64,000 bases of DNA from an uncultured bacterium (GTDB taxonomy: Bacteria; Auribacterota; Erginobacteria; Erginobacterales; Erginobacteraceae): NCBI GenBank assembly GCA_963822585.1, contig CAWGIE010000036.1, forward strand, positions 266,642 to 330,641. Reading direction: 5' to 3'. The translations under genes were made by a program, and so were the position numbers. The notes below the pieces were generated by a model. The model was not told the origin of the DNA, searched no databases, and was given only the letters and a program-made list of their open reading frames with translations. This document shows positions 1 to 10,247 of the stretch, in pieces (the stretch's first letter is position 1; every line of letters begins with the position of its first letter).

Positions 1-736
1 TCAGCACCGGTACCCGGAGTTCGCTGTCGGTGGGCAGTTTTTCCGAGATAAAATCCGGATAGGAAAGTATGGGGTTAAAGAGATTCTTCAGATCATGGGC
101 GATCCCGCCGGCCATAATACCGAGTGTCTCCATCCGGGCGGAAAGAGCAAGTTTCCGTTTCAGTTCCGCTTCCTCAGCCTCGAATTGACAGACGGCGGTG
201 ATGTCAACACCGGAGAGCAGGATGCCCTGGGGCACGAATTCTTTGACAATAGTGAGATGCCGCTCCCCGAACAGTATCGTACGGACGCCCTGCTTCCCCG
301 GAAAGGCGACTTCCTCTTCGGAAGTATATTTATCTTCCCGGTGTCGGAGCAGATAGTGAGAGAACCGTTCCCGCCCGGAGGGGACCGCCAGATCCAGAAG
401 GTCTTTCCCTATCATTTCTTCTTTCGCCCGGTCAAAAATGTTCAGGAAAGAGCGATTCAAGTCCAGAACTTTCCCGTCCATCCCGATGACCACGTTGATA
501 ATCTGGGCTTCCTCGAAAAAAAAGCGATAGCCGGCTTCCAGACGGCGCAGTTGATCCTGCAGTTCCTCGATTTTGAGACTGCGGACGCCTTTAATTCTTT
601 CAATCTCTCCCTCCGCGAAAGAAGACATACGGAACTGGATTTTTTTTAATTTTACCAAAAGCATGATCAGCCAGATAACCAGGCCGATGGAAAGAACAGC
701 CAGGCTGAGAGAGATTATTTCCCACATGTGGTTCAT
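1..736 (-). CDS. PAS-domain sensor histidine kinase (5' part; runs off window start)
   Basis: Not in the ORF track; manual translation from ATG 736. It has an N-terminal TM segment (WEIISLSLAVLSIGLVIWLIMLLV), a PAS-like region (IGMDGKVLDLNRSF...EEMIGKDLLDL...GVDIT) and the HisKA H-box LGIMAGGIAHDLKNLFNPIL. No stop before position 1. Confidence 0.85.
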   Translation of the reverse strand, partial: MNHMWEIISLSLAVLSIGLVIWLIMLLVKLKKIQFRMSSFAEGEIERIKGVRSLKIEELQDQLRRLEAGYRFFFEEAQIINVVIGMDGKVLDLNRSFLNIFDRAKEEMIGKDLLDLAVPSGRERFSHYLLRHREDKYTSEEEVAFPGKQGVRTILFGERHLTIVKEFVPQGILLSGVDITAVCQFEAEEAELKRKLALSARMETLGIMAGGIAHDLKNLFNPILSYPDFISEKLPTDSELRVPVL

Positions 737-911
737 TGTACTTCCCGGCTCTAAATGAGCGCCTTTGGCGCACGTTTAGAAAAATTCCATTTTTCAGAAT
801 ATAGATAAATTGAAAAGGATCTGATAATCAGTTCATATTCAACTGATCAGCCCGGAACGGTAAGCCCTTGGTATACGAAAGGAAAAGCTGCAAATAACCC
901 CGCGAAACAGA

Positions 912-940
912 ACTTTAACAATAGTGCGCGGAAAAGTCAA
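912..940 (-). promoter_or_regulatory. Putative sigma70 promoter for the kinase
   Basis: Minus strand TTGACT-17 nt-TAAAGT. Confidence 0.5.
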
Positions 941-991
941 ACGGGCAAACCGGAATTGCTCCGCCTGCTCGCGTCCAGGATCCGCCCGGGG

Positions 992-1996
992 TTATCCGTC
1001 ACTGCCGACGCGGGGGCGGTTACGATAATCCCTGATCCCTTTCTTCATCTGATCCCGCCAATAATCGAGTATGGCCTCCAGCGTCTCATCGATGCCATAC
1101 TCCGGCTGCCAGCCGGTCACCGATGTAAAACGGGAGTGCTCCCCCTGAAAAAGCGGGATCTCGGCTTCCCGCAGACGTCCTTTGTCCTGCCTGACCTCGA
1201 TCGCGGATTTGGTCAAGGCCAGCAGTTTGTCCAGGATTTCTTTGATCATATAAGTCCGCCCCGAGCAAACGTTATAGGGTGTCGCCGCGGCGCAGTGATC
1301 GACGGCCAGTCGATACGCCCTGACCATGTCCCGGACATCGGTAAAATCACGGAACGCATCGAGATTTCCCACCTCCAGGAATGGTTCCTGCCTGCCGGCT
1401 TCTATCTTCGCGATCTGAAAGGCGAATGACGCGGTAACAAAACTCGGGCGTTGCCCGGGTCCGATGTGATTGAAAGGCCGCAGGATTACGGCATCAAGAG
1501 ACCGGGCACGGGAGTAATAGAAAGCGGCTTCCTCGGCACAAAGCTTGGTTAAACCGTAGATACTCGCGGGCCGTGAAGCCTTCTCTTCGGTCAGCGGCAT
1601 TTCCCCGGTCGGTACCTTCCCGTATACCTCGGCTGAACTGACGAGAATCACCCGGGCGACGGGAGCATTCGCACAGGTCTCTTCCAGCACATTCAGACTT
1701 CCTTTGACATTGGTTTCAAAGGCCAGCTGGGGCGCGCTCTGGGCCATGGGAACCACCGAGGTCCCGGCCAGATGAAAAATCACTTCCGGATGGTGTTTCC
1801 TGATCACTCTCCCCACGTCCTGGGCGCTGAGAATGTCGCACTCTTCCACGCGAATTTTATTTAAAAGGAAAACCGGGGCGTCCAGCACCGCTCCGTGGCG
1901 TTCAATCCCGGTCACCTCCCATCCTTCATCAACCAGATTGCTCGCCAGGTGACTGCCGGCAAAACCCGCGATTCCGGTAATCAATGCGCGTTTCAT
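992..1996 (-). CDS. rmd: GDP-4-dehydro-6-deoxy-D-mannose reductase-like extended SDR
   Basis: ITGIAGFAG Rossmann motif, YGLTK catalytic motif, RPFNHIGPGQ typical of the Rmd clade; directly downstream of gmd. Confidence 0.7.
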   Translation of the reverse strand: MKRALITGIAGFAGSHLASNLVDEGWEVTGIERHGAVLDAPVFLLNKIRVEECDILSAQDVGRVIRKHHPEVIFHLAGTSVVPMAQSAPQLAFETNVKGSLNVLEETCANAPVARVILVSSAEVYGKVPTGEMPLTEEKASRPASIYGLTKLCAEEAAFYYSRARSLDAVILRPFNHIGPGQRPSFVTASFAFQIAKIEAGRQEPFLEVGNLDAFRDFTDVRDMVRAYRLAVDHCAAATPYNVCSGRTYMIKEILDKLLALTKSAIEVRQDKGRLREAEIPLFQGEHSRFTSVTGWQPEYGIDETLEAILDYWRDQMKKGIRDYRNRPRVGSDG

Positions 1997-2010
1997 GGGG
2001 TGTAATAAAT

Positions 2011-2299
2011 ACGTTACGTAAGGTTACGGTTAAATAAGGTTAAGAGAAGTTACGGAAGGTTACGGAAAGTTACGAGAGGTTACGGTGACACCGGAGCAAT
2101 CATTTAAAAGAGAAAACCGTGCGAATAAGGAGAAACTTTTATTCTCACTGTAACCCATCGCGATCTCTCGTAACCTTTTTTTCAACCGTAACCCCGCGTA
2201 ACCTCCCGTAACCTTCCGTAACCTGTTTTGCAATCGTAACCTCTCGTAACCTCCCGTAACCTTCCGTAATCTGTTTTGCAATCGTAACCTCTCGTAACT
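2011..2299. repeat. Inverted arrays of a 10-mer (GGTTACGRRA / CGTAACCTYY) with 48-bp higher-order repeat
   Basis: GGTTACG units at 2011-2086 and the complementary CGTAACC units at 2150-2299; CTGTTTTGCAAT recurs at 2223 and 2271. Confidence 0.9.
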
Positions 2300-2308
2300 T
2301 TTCGTCCC

Positions 2309-3388
<1,080 letters not shown>

Positions 3389-3420
3389 TTATAAAGTTGC
3401 AAGAGAATCGCGTTACTATA

Positions 3421-3530
3421 CTGCTTCAGAATTTCAAAACATTGTAAAAAGTGTAAAGTGTAATGTGTAAAGACCCTTTACACTTTCCACTTGAAACTTT
3501 ACACCAAGTTGCGCCGGAGGCGCCAACTTG
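3421..3530. repeat. Modular intergenic cassette (reverse orientation) with GTGTAAA heptamer payload
   Basis: CTGCTTCAGAATTTCAA, then inverted GTGTAAA/TTTACAC arrays, then hairpin CAAGTTGCGCCGGAGGCGCCAACTTG abutting the manA start. Confidence 0.7.
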
Positions 3531-4745
3531 ATGATTTATCGTCTGGAAAATACGGTCCAGAAATATGCCTGGGGTTCCAGGACTTTTATTTCCGACCTGT
3601 TGGGGAGGGCAATTCCCTCCGGAAAGCCGGAGGCTGAATTATGGATGGGATCTCATCCCCGGGCACCGTCGCGGGCACGGGACCGGGGGGATTCGGTCCC
3701 CCTGGATAAACTGATCCGGCGGGACCCCGCTGGTATGCTCGGCGAACGGGCGGCAACGAAATTCCAGGGGAGACTGCCCTTTCTCCTGAAAGTCCTGGCA
3801 GCCGATTCCCCCCTTTCCATCCAGGCTCATCCTGACCGGGAGCAGGCCCGGGCCGGTTTTCTAAAGGAACATCGGGCCGGAATCCCCGTGAATGGTCCAC
3901 AGCGCAATTATCAGGACTCTAACCATAAACCGGAGCTACTTTGCGCGCTGACTCCTTTTGACGCCCTGTGCGGGTTTCGTCCTCTCCCGGAGATCGCCGA
4001 CCTGCTCTCATTTCTCCATCTCGCTGACGCCATCCCGGAAGCCGAAACTTTCCGGCGCTCCCCGACGGAAGAAGGACTCCGTTCCCTGTTCAAGACACTT
4101 TTTTCTCTCCGCGGACGGAAGAAAGAACACCTCCTGGAAACCCTGGTCGAACGGGCGGCCACCAACCCTCCACGTTCCGAAGACGAAACTCTGACCCTCC
4201 GCTGGATCGCCCGGCTCGCCGGGCGATACCCCGGCGACATCGGTATCTGCGCTCCGGTTCTTCTCAACACGATCCGCCTCCATCCCGGGAAAGCACTCTA
4301 TCTGAACGCGGGCGTTCTTCATTCATATCTGGAGGGGGCCGGGATAGAGATTATGGCCAACTCCGACAATGTTCTCCGGGGAGGGCTGACAGCCAAGCAT
4401 GTGGACCGGACGGAATTGTTGAAGATTCTCTCTTTCTCCGGCAAACCGGTTTCCGTTTTGCATGGACAGTCGGCTGATGGCATCGAGTTTGTTTATCGAA
4501 CACCGGCCGAAGAGTTCCGACTTTCCCGGATGAGCCTGTCGGTCGGATTTCCGTTTCGGGCCGCCCATCGAAACGGCCCGGAGATCATCCTCTGCGGCGG
4601 GGGAAGCTGCCGGATAACCGGGGACGCCGGCGAAAAGCTGAAAGTGGAGAAAGGCGAATCCGTTTTTATCCCCTTCAACGCCGGGGGATACCGAATCGAG
4701 GGTGAATCTACACTCTACCGCGCTTCTCTTCCAGGCGACGAATGA
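3528..4745 (+). CDS. manA: Mannose-6-phosphate isomerase, class I
   Basis: QKYAWGS, AELWMGSHP, LPFLLKVL, PLSIQAHP, NHKPE, LHSYLEG, EIMANSDNVLRGGLT; start TTG 3528 or ATG 3531. Confidence 0.96.
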   Translation: MMIYRLENTVQKYAWGSRTFISDLLGRAIPSGKPEAELWMGSHPRAPSRARDRGDSVPLDKLIRRDPAGMLGERAATKFQGRLPFLLKVLAADSPLSIQAHPDREQARAGFLKEHRAGIPVNGPQRNYQDSNHKPELLCALTPFDALCGFRPLPEIADLLSFLHLADAIPEAETFRRSPTEEGLRSLFKTLFSLRGRKKEHLLETLVERAATNPPRSEDETLTLRWIARLAGRYPGDIGICAPVLLNTIRLHPGKALYLNAGVLHSYLEGAGIEIMANSDNVLRGGLTAKHVDRTELLKILSFSGKPVSVLHGQSADGIEFVYRTPAEEFRLSRMSLSVGFPFRAAHRNGPEIILCGGGSCRITGDAGEKLKVEKGESVFIPFNAGGYRIEGESTLYRASLPGDE

Positions 4746-4822
4746 TTATTAAAGCCGGCCCGAGGAGCCTGTCCGTCGTCATTCTTCAAAACTAAAATTT
4801 TCACGCAGTGAAAATTTTACAC

Positions 4823-4850
4823 TTGACTTCTTCTCTTTTTGGGGTATGGT
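4823..4850 (+). promoter_or_regulatory. Putative sigma70 promoter of HU gene
   Basis: TTGACT-16 nt-TATGGT; SD AGGAGG before ATG 4922. Confidence 0.5.
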
Positions 4851-4921
4851 TCTGTTTTTATACAATGCACGGCATCAGCCGCAACTTCCAACTTTCCAAT
4901 CCAATCAAGGAGGAGAGAAAA

Positions 4922-5200
4922 ATGGCAATGACCAAGAAGGACATTATCGCCCAGATGGCGAAGGACGCAGGGATCTCCAAGAAAGCAGCCCTGGCGGCAT
5001 ACGAATCATTGGTAAACGTGGCCTATAAGGGCGCCAAGGCCAAAGATGGGATTATCATTCCCGGTTTGGGGAAATTCGTCAAGGTCCGTCGGAAAGCCCG
5101 CATGGGCAGGAACCCGGCCACCGGACAGAAGATCAAGATCGCGGCCAAAACGGTATTAAAATTCCGGGTTGCCAAAGCGGCCCAGGACGCGGTCGTATAA
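4922..5200 (+). CDS. hup: HU family DNA-binding protein
   Basis: 92 aa, IPGLGKF, RKARMGRNPATG; start moved to ATG 4922 on the basis of the SD. Confidence 0.95.
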   Translation: MAMTKKDIIAQMAKDAGISKKAALAAYESLVNVAYKGAKAKDGIIIPGLGKFVKVRRKARMGRNPATGQKIKIAAKTVLKFRVAKAAQDAVV

Positions 5201-5247
5201 TTGCCTGAAAGCCGCGCGTTCTCTACCGCGGCCCTCAAAAAGGTGAG

Positions 5248-5282
5248 AAGCGGGGCACGGCATGCCGTGCCCCGCTTTTTTA
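5248..5282 (+). terminator. Intrinsic terminator (perfect palindrome, REP-like core) between convergent hup and malQ
   Basis: AAGCGGGGCACGGCATGCCGTGCCCCGCTT followed by a T run. Confidence 0.75.
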
Positions 5283-5301
5283 TTCGTCTCCGCCACCGGA
5301 T

Positions 5302-6795
5302 TCAGCGACCGGAGGCGGTTATCAGTTCCGAGAGGAGAACAGACAGATCTCCGCTCAGAGCTTCTTCCCGGAAACGCCACTCCCACTGCCCGGTCGGGCG
5401 TCCCGGGATGTTCATCCGGGCCGCGCTGCCCAGTCCGAGGATATCCTGGAAAGGGACGACGGCCGTATCGGCGACCGAGTCGAAAACGGCCCGGATCATA
5501 CCCCAGTTCACGTCACGCTTTCCGACACCCAGAAACGCGAGAACCTTCTTTTGCTTCTTCGGCTCCAGGTGACGAAACCAGCCGATAGAGGTGTCGTTGT
5601 CGTGGAGGCCGGTATAAAAGGCGGAGTTCCGGGGAATACTTTCGGGATGATGATATCCTGAGGGGCCGCCTTCCAGTCCAAACTGCAGTTCCCGGACACC
5701 GGGGATGGAGAACTCTTTCATAAGCCGGTCCACCGGTTTCTGAATCTCGGCTTCCAGCGCTTCGGCGATAATCGGCAGCCCCCCCCCTCTATCATCCTGG
5801 AGCAATCGGAAAAGAGCCGCGCCGGGACCTTTTACCCATCTTCCTTTTCGGGAGGAGGGATTTTTCACCGAAATATGCCAGCAGGCATGGAAACCCGAGA
5901 AATGGTCCACCCGGACGATATCCACCAGATTGAGAACCCGGCCGAACCGGTCCCGCCACCATTTGAAGCCCTCCGCCTTCATCACCTTCCAGTCGTAAAG
6001 GGGATTACCCCAGATCTGCCCGACTTTCCTCCCTTTCGGGGGGGGGACACCGGAAAGAGCGCGGCGACGGCCGTGGGCGTCCATGAGAAAAAGTGAACGG
6101 TTGGCCCAGGCGTCGGCGCTGTCCTGATTGACGAAGAACGGGATATCCCCGATGATCCTGATCCCGCGCTTGTTGACCGATGCGCGGAATCGCGCCCACT
6201 GCCGGAAGAAGAGATACTGCCTGAATTGAACCTGGGTGATCTCTTCGGAGAGTTCCTCTCTCGATTGTTCCAGTACGGACTCTTCCCGCAGCCGCAGTGG
6301 CGCGGGCCAGTAGAACCAGGGTTTGCCCTTACACTGCTTTTCCAGGGAGACGAAGAGCGCGTAATCTTCCAGCCAGAAGGAGTTTTTTTCCTTAAAGGCC
6401 TCGAACCGGCGACGGTCTTCTCTCCCGGCCTCCCGGGAGAAACGGTCAAATGCTGTCTCCAGCAGCCGGCTTTTATAGCCGATGACCTTGGGGAAATTGA
6501 CCCGCCGCGAGGGAAAGGCAGGGCGACGCGCCAGGTCGGTGCGGGGGATCAACCCTTCCTCCGCCAGTGATTCCAGGCTGATCAGCAGAGGGTTGCCCGC
6601 GAAGGCGGAAGGACTGGAGTACGGACAGTTGCCGGCACCGATCGGGTTCACGGGCAGGATCTGCCACAGTTTCATCCCCGATACAGCCAGAAAATCAGCG
6701 AAGCGGGAGGACTCCGGACCGAGATCGCCGATGCCCGACGGCCCCGGTAAAGACGTGATATGGAGCAGAACACCTGCCTGACGGGGAAATTCCAT
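5302..6795 (-). CDS. malQ: 4-alpha-glucanotransferase (GH77), divergent copy 1
   Basis: GVLLHITSLP, WQILP, SAFAGNP, IIGDIP, VRVDHF (nucleophile Asp), IIAE (acid/base Glu), YTGLHDND. Confidence 0.9.
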   Translation of the reverse strand: MEFPRQAGVLLHITSLPGPSGIGDLGPESSRFADFLAVSGMKLWQILPVNPIGAGNCPYSSPSAFAGNPLLISLESLAEEGLIPRTDLARRPAFPSRRVNFPKVIGYKSRLLETAFDRFSREAGREDRRRFEAFKEKNSFWLEDYALFVSLEKQCKGKPWFYWPAPLRLREESVLEQSREELSEEITQVQFRQYLFFRQWARFRASVNKRGIRIIGDIPFFVNQDSADAWANRSLFLMDAHGRRRALSGVPPPKGRKVGQIWGNPLYDWKVMKAEGFKWWRDRFGRVLNLVDIVRVDHFSGFHACWHISVKNPSSRKGRWVKGPGAALFRLLQDDRGGGLPIIAEALEAEIQKPVDRLMKEFSIPGVRELQFGLEGGPSGYHHPESIPRNSAFYTGLHDNDTSIGWFRHLEPKKQKKVLAFLGVGKRDVNWGMIRAVFDSVADTAVVPFQDILGLGSAARMNIPGRPTGQWEWRFREEALSGDLSVLLSELITASGR

Positions 6796-6799
6796 TCTC

Positions 6800-8290
6800 T
6801 TACCTCCCGGAACTCCTGGTGTATTCCAGAAACCTCTTTACCATCCCGGCGGTAATCATCTCCGGACGATACCGCCACTCCCATTGCCCGGAGACGGCGC
6901 CGGGGAGGTTCATTCTCGCTTCACTTCCCAGGCCAAGAACATCCTGAAGCGGGATAATGACCGTATCCGCGGCCGACTGGAGAACCGCTTCGATGACTTT
7001 CCAGTTGATCCCCCGGGCGGTTCTGGTCCCCAGGCAATCACGGATGCGTTTTTTTATCCCGGGGGATTGGGCGGCGAACCAGCCGATTATGGTATCGTCA
7101 TCATGGGTCCCCGTGTAGGCGGCGCATTGCTCCGGGTACTCCTTTGGCAGGTGGGGATTGTCCGGACGACCATGAAAACCGTGCTGCAGGATCCGGATAC
7201 CCGGGTAGCCGAGGTCGGTCAGCAGCTCATTCGTCTCCCACTTGATCCGCGGCTCCATGCTCTCGGCGATGAGGGGCAAAGGGCCCAGTTCTTCTTCAAT
7301 CGACCGGAAAAGCGAGGCCCCGGGGCCAAGAACCCATCGCCCCTCGGCGGATGTTCTCGCGCCCGCATCGACGTGCCAGCAGGCAAAAAATCCCGAGAAA
7401 TGGTCCACCCGAACGATATCAACTTCGCCCAGAACCTCGGAGAAACGGAGGCTCCACCACGGGAATCCGGCATCGGCCATCGCTTCCCAGTTATACAGCG
7501 GCATATCCCAGATCTGGCTGACCCCGGCCCGGCTGGGGGGAACCCCGGAGAAGACGAGGCGCCGTCCGGCGGCGTCCAAAAGAAAGAACTGGCGGCGAAC
7601 CCAGACATCGACGCTGTCATGATTGACGAAAAACGGCAGATCCCCGATAATGCTGATCCCGCGCTGATTCGCGTATTCGCGGAGCCGGCGCCATTGCCGG
7701 GAAAAAAGATACTGACGGAAGCGGGCTCCTTCGATCTCGCGGGCAAATTCCTCACGGGCTTGCTTGATGGCCGACTCTTCCCGGAAAGCAAGCGGCCGGG
7801 GCCAGGTGTACCAGGGCCGACCCTGATGACGCTCCTTCAGAGCGGCGTAGAGCGCGTAATCATCCAGCCAGCATGCGTTCTCGGCGCAGAAAACCTCCAG
7901 CGCCTCCCTTTCCTCCCTGCCGGCATTGGCCCGGAAACGATCATGGGCCCTCTCCAGCAGCTTCATCTTCACGGTGCCGGCCCGGCCGAAGTCAACCCGG
8001 CCGAAGGATCCGCGTTCGGGAGCGGGGATATCTTCCCGGGAAAGAATGCCTTCCCGGGGCAGTTCCTCCGGGCTGATGAGCAGGGGGTTGCCGGCCAGGG
8101 CGGAGGGACAGGAGTAGGGCGAGTTACCGAAACTTAAAGGCGCCAGCGGAAGGACTTCCCACAGCCGTTGCCCGGCATCGACCAGAAAATCGACAAAGCG
8201 GTACGCCCCCTCCCCCAGATCACCGATCCCATAGGGTGAAGGGAGGGACGTAATATGAAGCAGGACACCGGACCTGCGGGAAAATTTCAC
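6800..8290 (-). CDS. malQ: 4-alpha-glucanotransferase (GH77), divergent copy 2
   Basis: GVLLHITSLP, SPYS, IIGDLP, VRVDHF, LIAE, YTGTHDDD, RMNLPG...WEWR. Confidence 0.9.
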   Translation of the reverse strand: MKFSRRSGVLLHITSLPSPYGIGDLGEGAYRFVDFLVDAGQRLWEVLPLAPLSFGNSPYSCPSALAGNPLLISPEELPREGILSREDIPAPERGSFGRVDFGRAGTVKMKLLERAHDRFRANAGREEREALEVFCAENACWLDDYALYAALKERHQGRPWYTWPRPLAFREESAIKQAREEFAREIEGARFRQYLFSRQWRRLREYANQRGISIIGDLPFFVNHDSVDVWVRRQFFLLDAAGRRLVFSGVPPSRAGVSQIWDMPLYNWEAMADAGFPWWSLRFSEVLGEVDIVRVDHFSGFFACWHVDAGARTSAEGRWVLGPGASLFRSIEEELGPLPLIAESMEPRIKWETNELLTDLGYPGIRILQHGFHGRPDNPHLPKEYPEQCAAYTGTHDDDTIIGWFAAQSPGIKKRIRDCLGTRTARGINWKVIEAVLQSAADTVIIPLQDVLGLGSEARMNLPGAVSGQWEWRYRPEMITAGMVKRFLEYTRSSGR

Positions 8291-8292
8291 TA

Positions 8293-10203
8293 TTATTTTT
8301 CCTCCGGAAAAATAAGACTTAGGTTTTTGCGGGCTTCGGTCAGGCCGGGGTTGATCCGGAGTGCTCGCTGATAAAAATTCCGGGCCTCCTCGATTTTTCC
8401 CTGGCGGGCATAGATGATGCCCAGGTTATTGTACGCCATCGCGTACCCGGGGTTGAGACGGATCGCTTCCCGGTACTGTCCGGCCGCCTCCGCCAGTTCC
8501 CCCCGGGCGGCCAGGGCATTCCCCAGGTTATTGTGGGCATCGGCGTAACCGGGGTTAATCCGCAGCGCTTCCCGATAGAAGCTGACGGCCCCCGGCAGAT
8601 CTCCCTTTGCCGCCGATCTCAAGCCCAGGTCATTATAGGCGCTGTAGAGGTTAAAAAAAGCCTGTTGATTCCCGGGTTCGAGCCGGTATGCCTCGGCGTA
8701 GTGCGGGATGGCCTCGGCAAATCTCCCCTGCTCGGTCAAAATCGCCCCCAGATTGTTATGAGCACGGCTGTAGTCCGGCTTGATCTCGATTGCCCGCTGA
8801 TAATGATGAATAGCCTCCAGTGGTTCCCCCTCCCCGGCCAGGGTCAGCCCCAGGTTGTAATGAGCCATGTAACTGTCGGGGTTCACATTCAGGGCATGCC
8901 GGAAGAGGGATCCGTTTTCCGACCAGTACCTCACCTGAAAGAAACTGAGCACCGCGCAGACAACCGGGATGGCGACACAGGCAATCCCGGTCCACCGGCG
9001 GCGATGCCGGAGAAAAACCCAGGAAAGGGCCAGAGCCGGGGCGATCATCGAGAGATACAGAAAACGGTCCGCCACCGTTGAAAATACCTGATACCCGTGC
9101 GGGACCAGCCCCAATACCGGAAGAAGTCCCGCGATGAAAACCCCCAGAATGACCAGCCAGTGACGGCGATCTTTCACAAATACCATGGATGCCGCGATGA
9201 CGGCCGGCAGGAGCCAGCTGAAGTAAAGCCACCCCTGCTCCAGCACCCGGGCCGGGGTCCGGCCGTAATCAATGCTCAGCTGAATGGGTATAAACAACTT
9301 ATAGAGATAAAAGGCGAGCGCGTCCAGCGCCAGGAGAAAACGAGCCGGGAGCGGAGCGATATACCCCAGCGGGATCTCCCGTTCCGAAAACTTGGCCAGA
9401 AAGATAATCGGCAGGGCTATCAGCAGCCAGAGAAGGAGCAGGCTGAAGGGCGGGGAGAAAAAAGCGGCCGACAAACCGCGGCGCCCGGTCAGCCGTTCCT
9501 CGCTCCAGCGGAAATGGATGAGCAGCCATCCGATCGCCACGACCGGAACTGCCGCCGGTTTCGAGAGCAGGGCCAGGGCAAAAGCCGCCGTCGCGTATGC
9601 TCCGTAGCGCTTTCTCTGCCGGCGATTGACGCCGCTGAGTTGCCGGTTGACCTCTACCGCCTGAGCGTACCTGAGGTAGTTTCGGAGCGAGAGAAGAGAA
9701 AAAAATCCGCAAAGCACGTCTTTCAAGCTGGAGATCCAGACCACCGGCTCGACCTGGACCGGATGGAGGGCGAAAAGAAGCGCGCCCAGGGCGGCGGACC
9801 ATTCTATCCGTCCGGGATCGTTGCTGCTCCCCCGGAGGAGAATTCTAATGATCCCGTAGAGGAGAAGGACATTGAGAAGATGGAGGATCAGGTTCGCGTG
9901 ATGGAAAACCGAGGGCAGCAAACCGAAAGAGGAACCGGTGGGGGAAATCAGACGGGAAAAGGCGGCCAGAAACGACCAGGCGGTGAAAGTCGCCGGGATA
10001 TACATCGCCTCGTGGGGGGATATCCAGAAATGGACGATATTTCCGGGGGTCAAGGCGGCAAGATACCGATTCGCGTAGACATGGATGTCATCGTCCCATC
10101 CTACAAAACCGTAATGAACGGCCGGCCCCAGGACCAGGAGGGGAGCGATAATCAGCAGCAAGATGATCAGGGAACTGTGAGGGATTGCTGGCCGGGTTTT
10201 CAT
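8293..10203 (-). CDS. TMTC-like GT-C membrane protein with C-terminal TPR repeats (putative protein O-mannosyltransferase)
   Basis: Multiple TM segments; FVGWDD loop, HPVQVEPVVWIS, LLSKP, ADRFLYL; repeated AHNNLG/AHYNLG TPRs. Start trimmed to ATG 10203 to avoid overlap with the HDAC gene. Confidence 0.8.
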   Translation of the reverse strand: MKTRPAIPHSSLIILLLIIAPLLVLGPAVHYGFVGWDDDIHVYANRYLAALTPGNIVHFWISPHEAMYIPATFTAWSFLAAFSRLISPTGSSFGLLPSVFHHANLILHLLNVLLLYGIIRILLRGSSNDPGRIEWSAALGALLFALHPVQVEPVVWISSLKDVLCGFFSLLSLRNYLRYAQAVEVNRQLSGVNRRQRKRYGAYATAAFALALLSKPAAVPVVAIGWLLIHFRWSEERLTGRRGLSAAFFSPPFSLLLLWLLIALPIIFLAKFSEREIPLGYIAPLPARFLLALDALAFYLYKLFIPIQLSIDYGRTPARVLEQGWLYFSWLLPAVIAASMVFVKDRRHWLVILGVFIAGLLPVLGLVPHGYQVFSTVADRFLYLSMIAPALALSWVFLRHRRRWTGIACVAIPVVCAVLSFFQVRYWSENGSLFRHALNVNPDSYMAHYNLGLTLAGEGEPLEAIHHYQRAIEIKPDYSRAHNNLGAILTEQGRFAEAIPHYAEAYRLEPGNQQAFFNLYSAYNDLGLRSAAKGDLPGAVSFYREALRINPGYADAHNNLGNALAARGELAEAAGQYREAIRLNPGYAMAYNNLGIIYARQGKIEEARNFYQRALRINPGLTEARKNLSLIFPEEK

Positions 10204-10215
10204 AGTGAAAAAAAC

Positions 10216-10247
10216 AAACATCCAACGTTCAACGTCCAACGTCCAAC
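10216..10247. repeat. AACGTYC heptamer array
   Basis: AACATCC-AACGTTC-AACGTCC-AACGTCC-AAC; contains the HDAC stop codon. Confidence 0.75.

Noticed and set aside
95..649. Plus-strand 184-aa ORF
   Set aside because: It is the antisense shadow of the minus-strand histidine kinase, which the track missed because that gene runs off the window.
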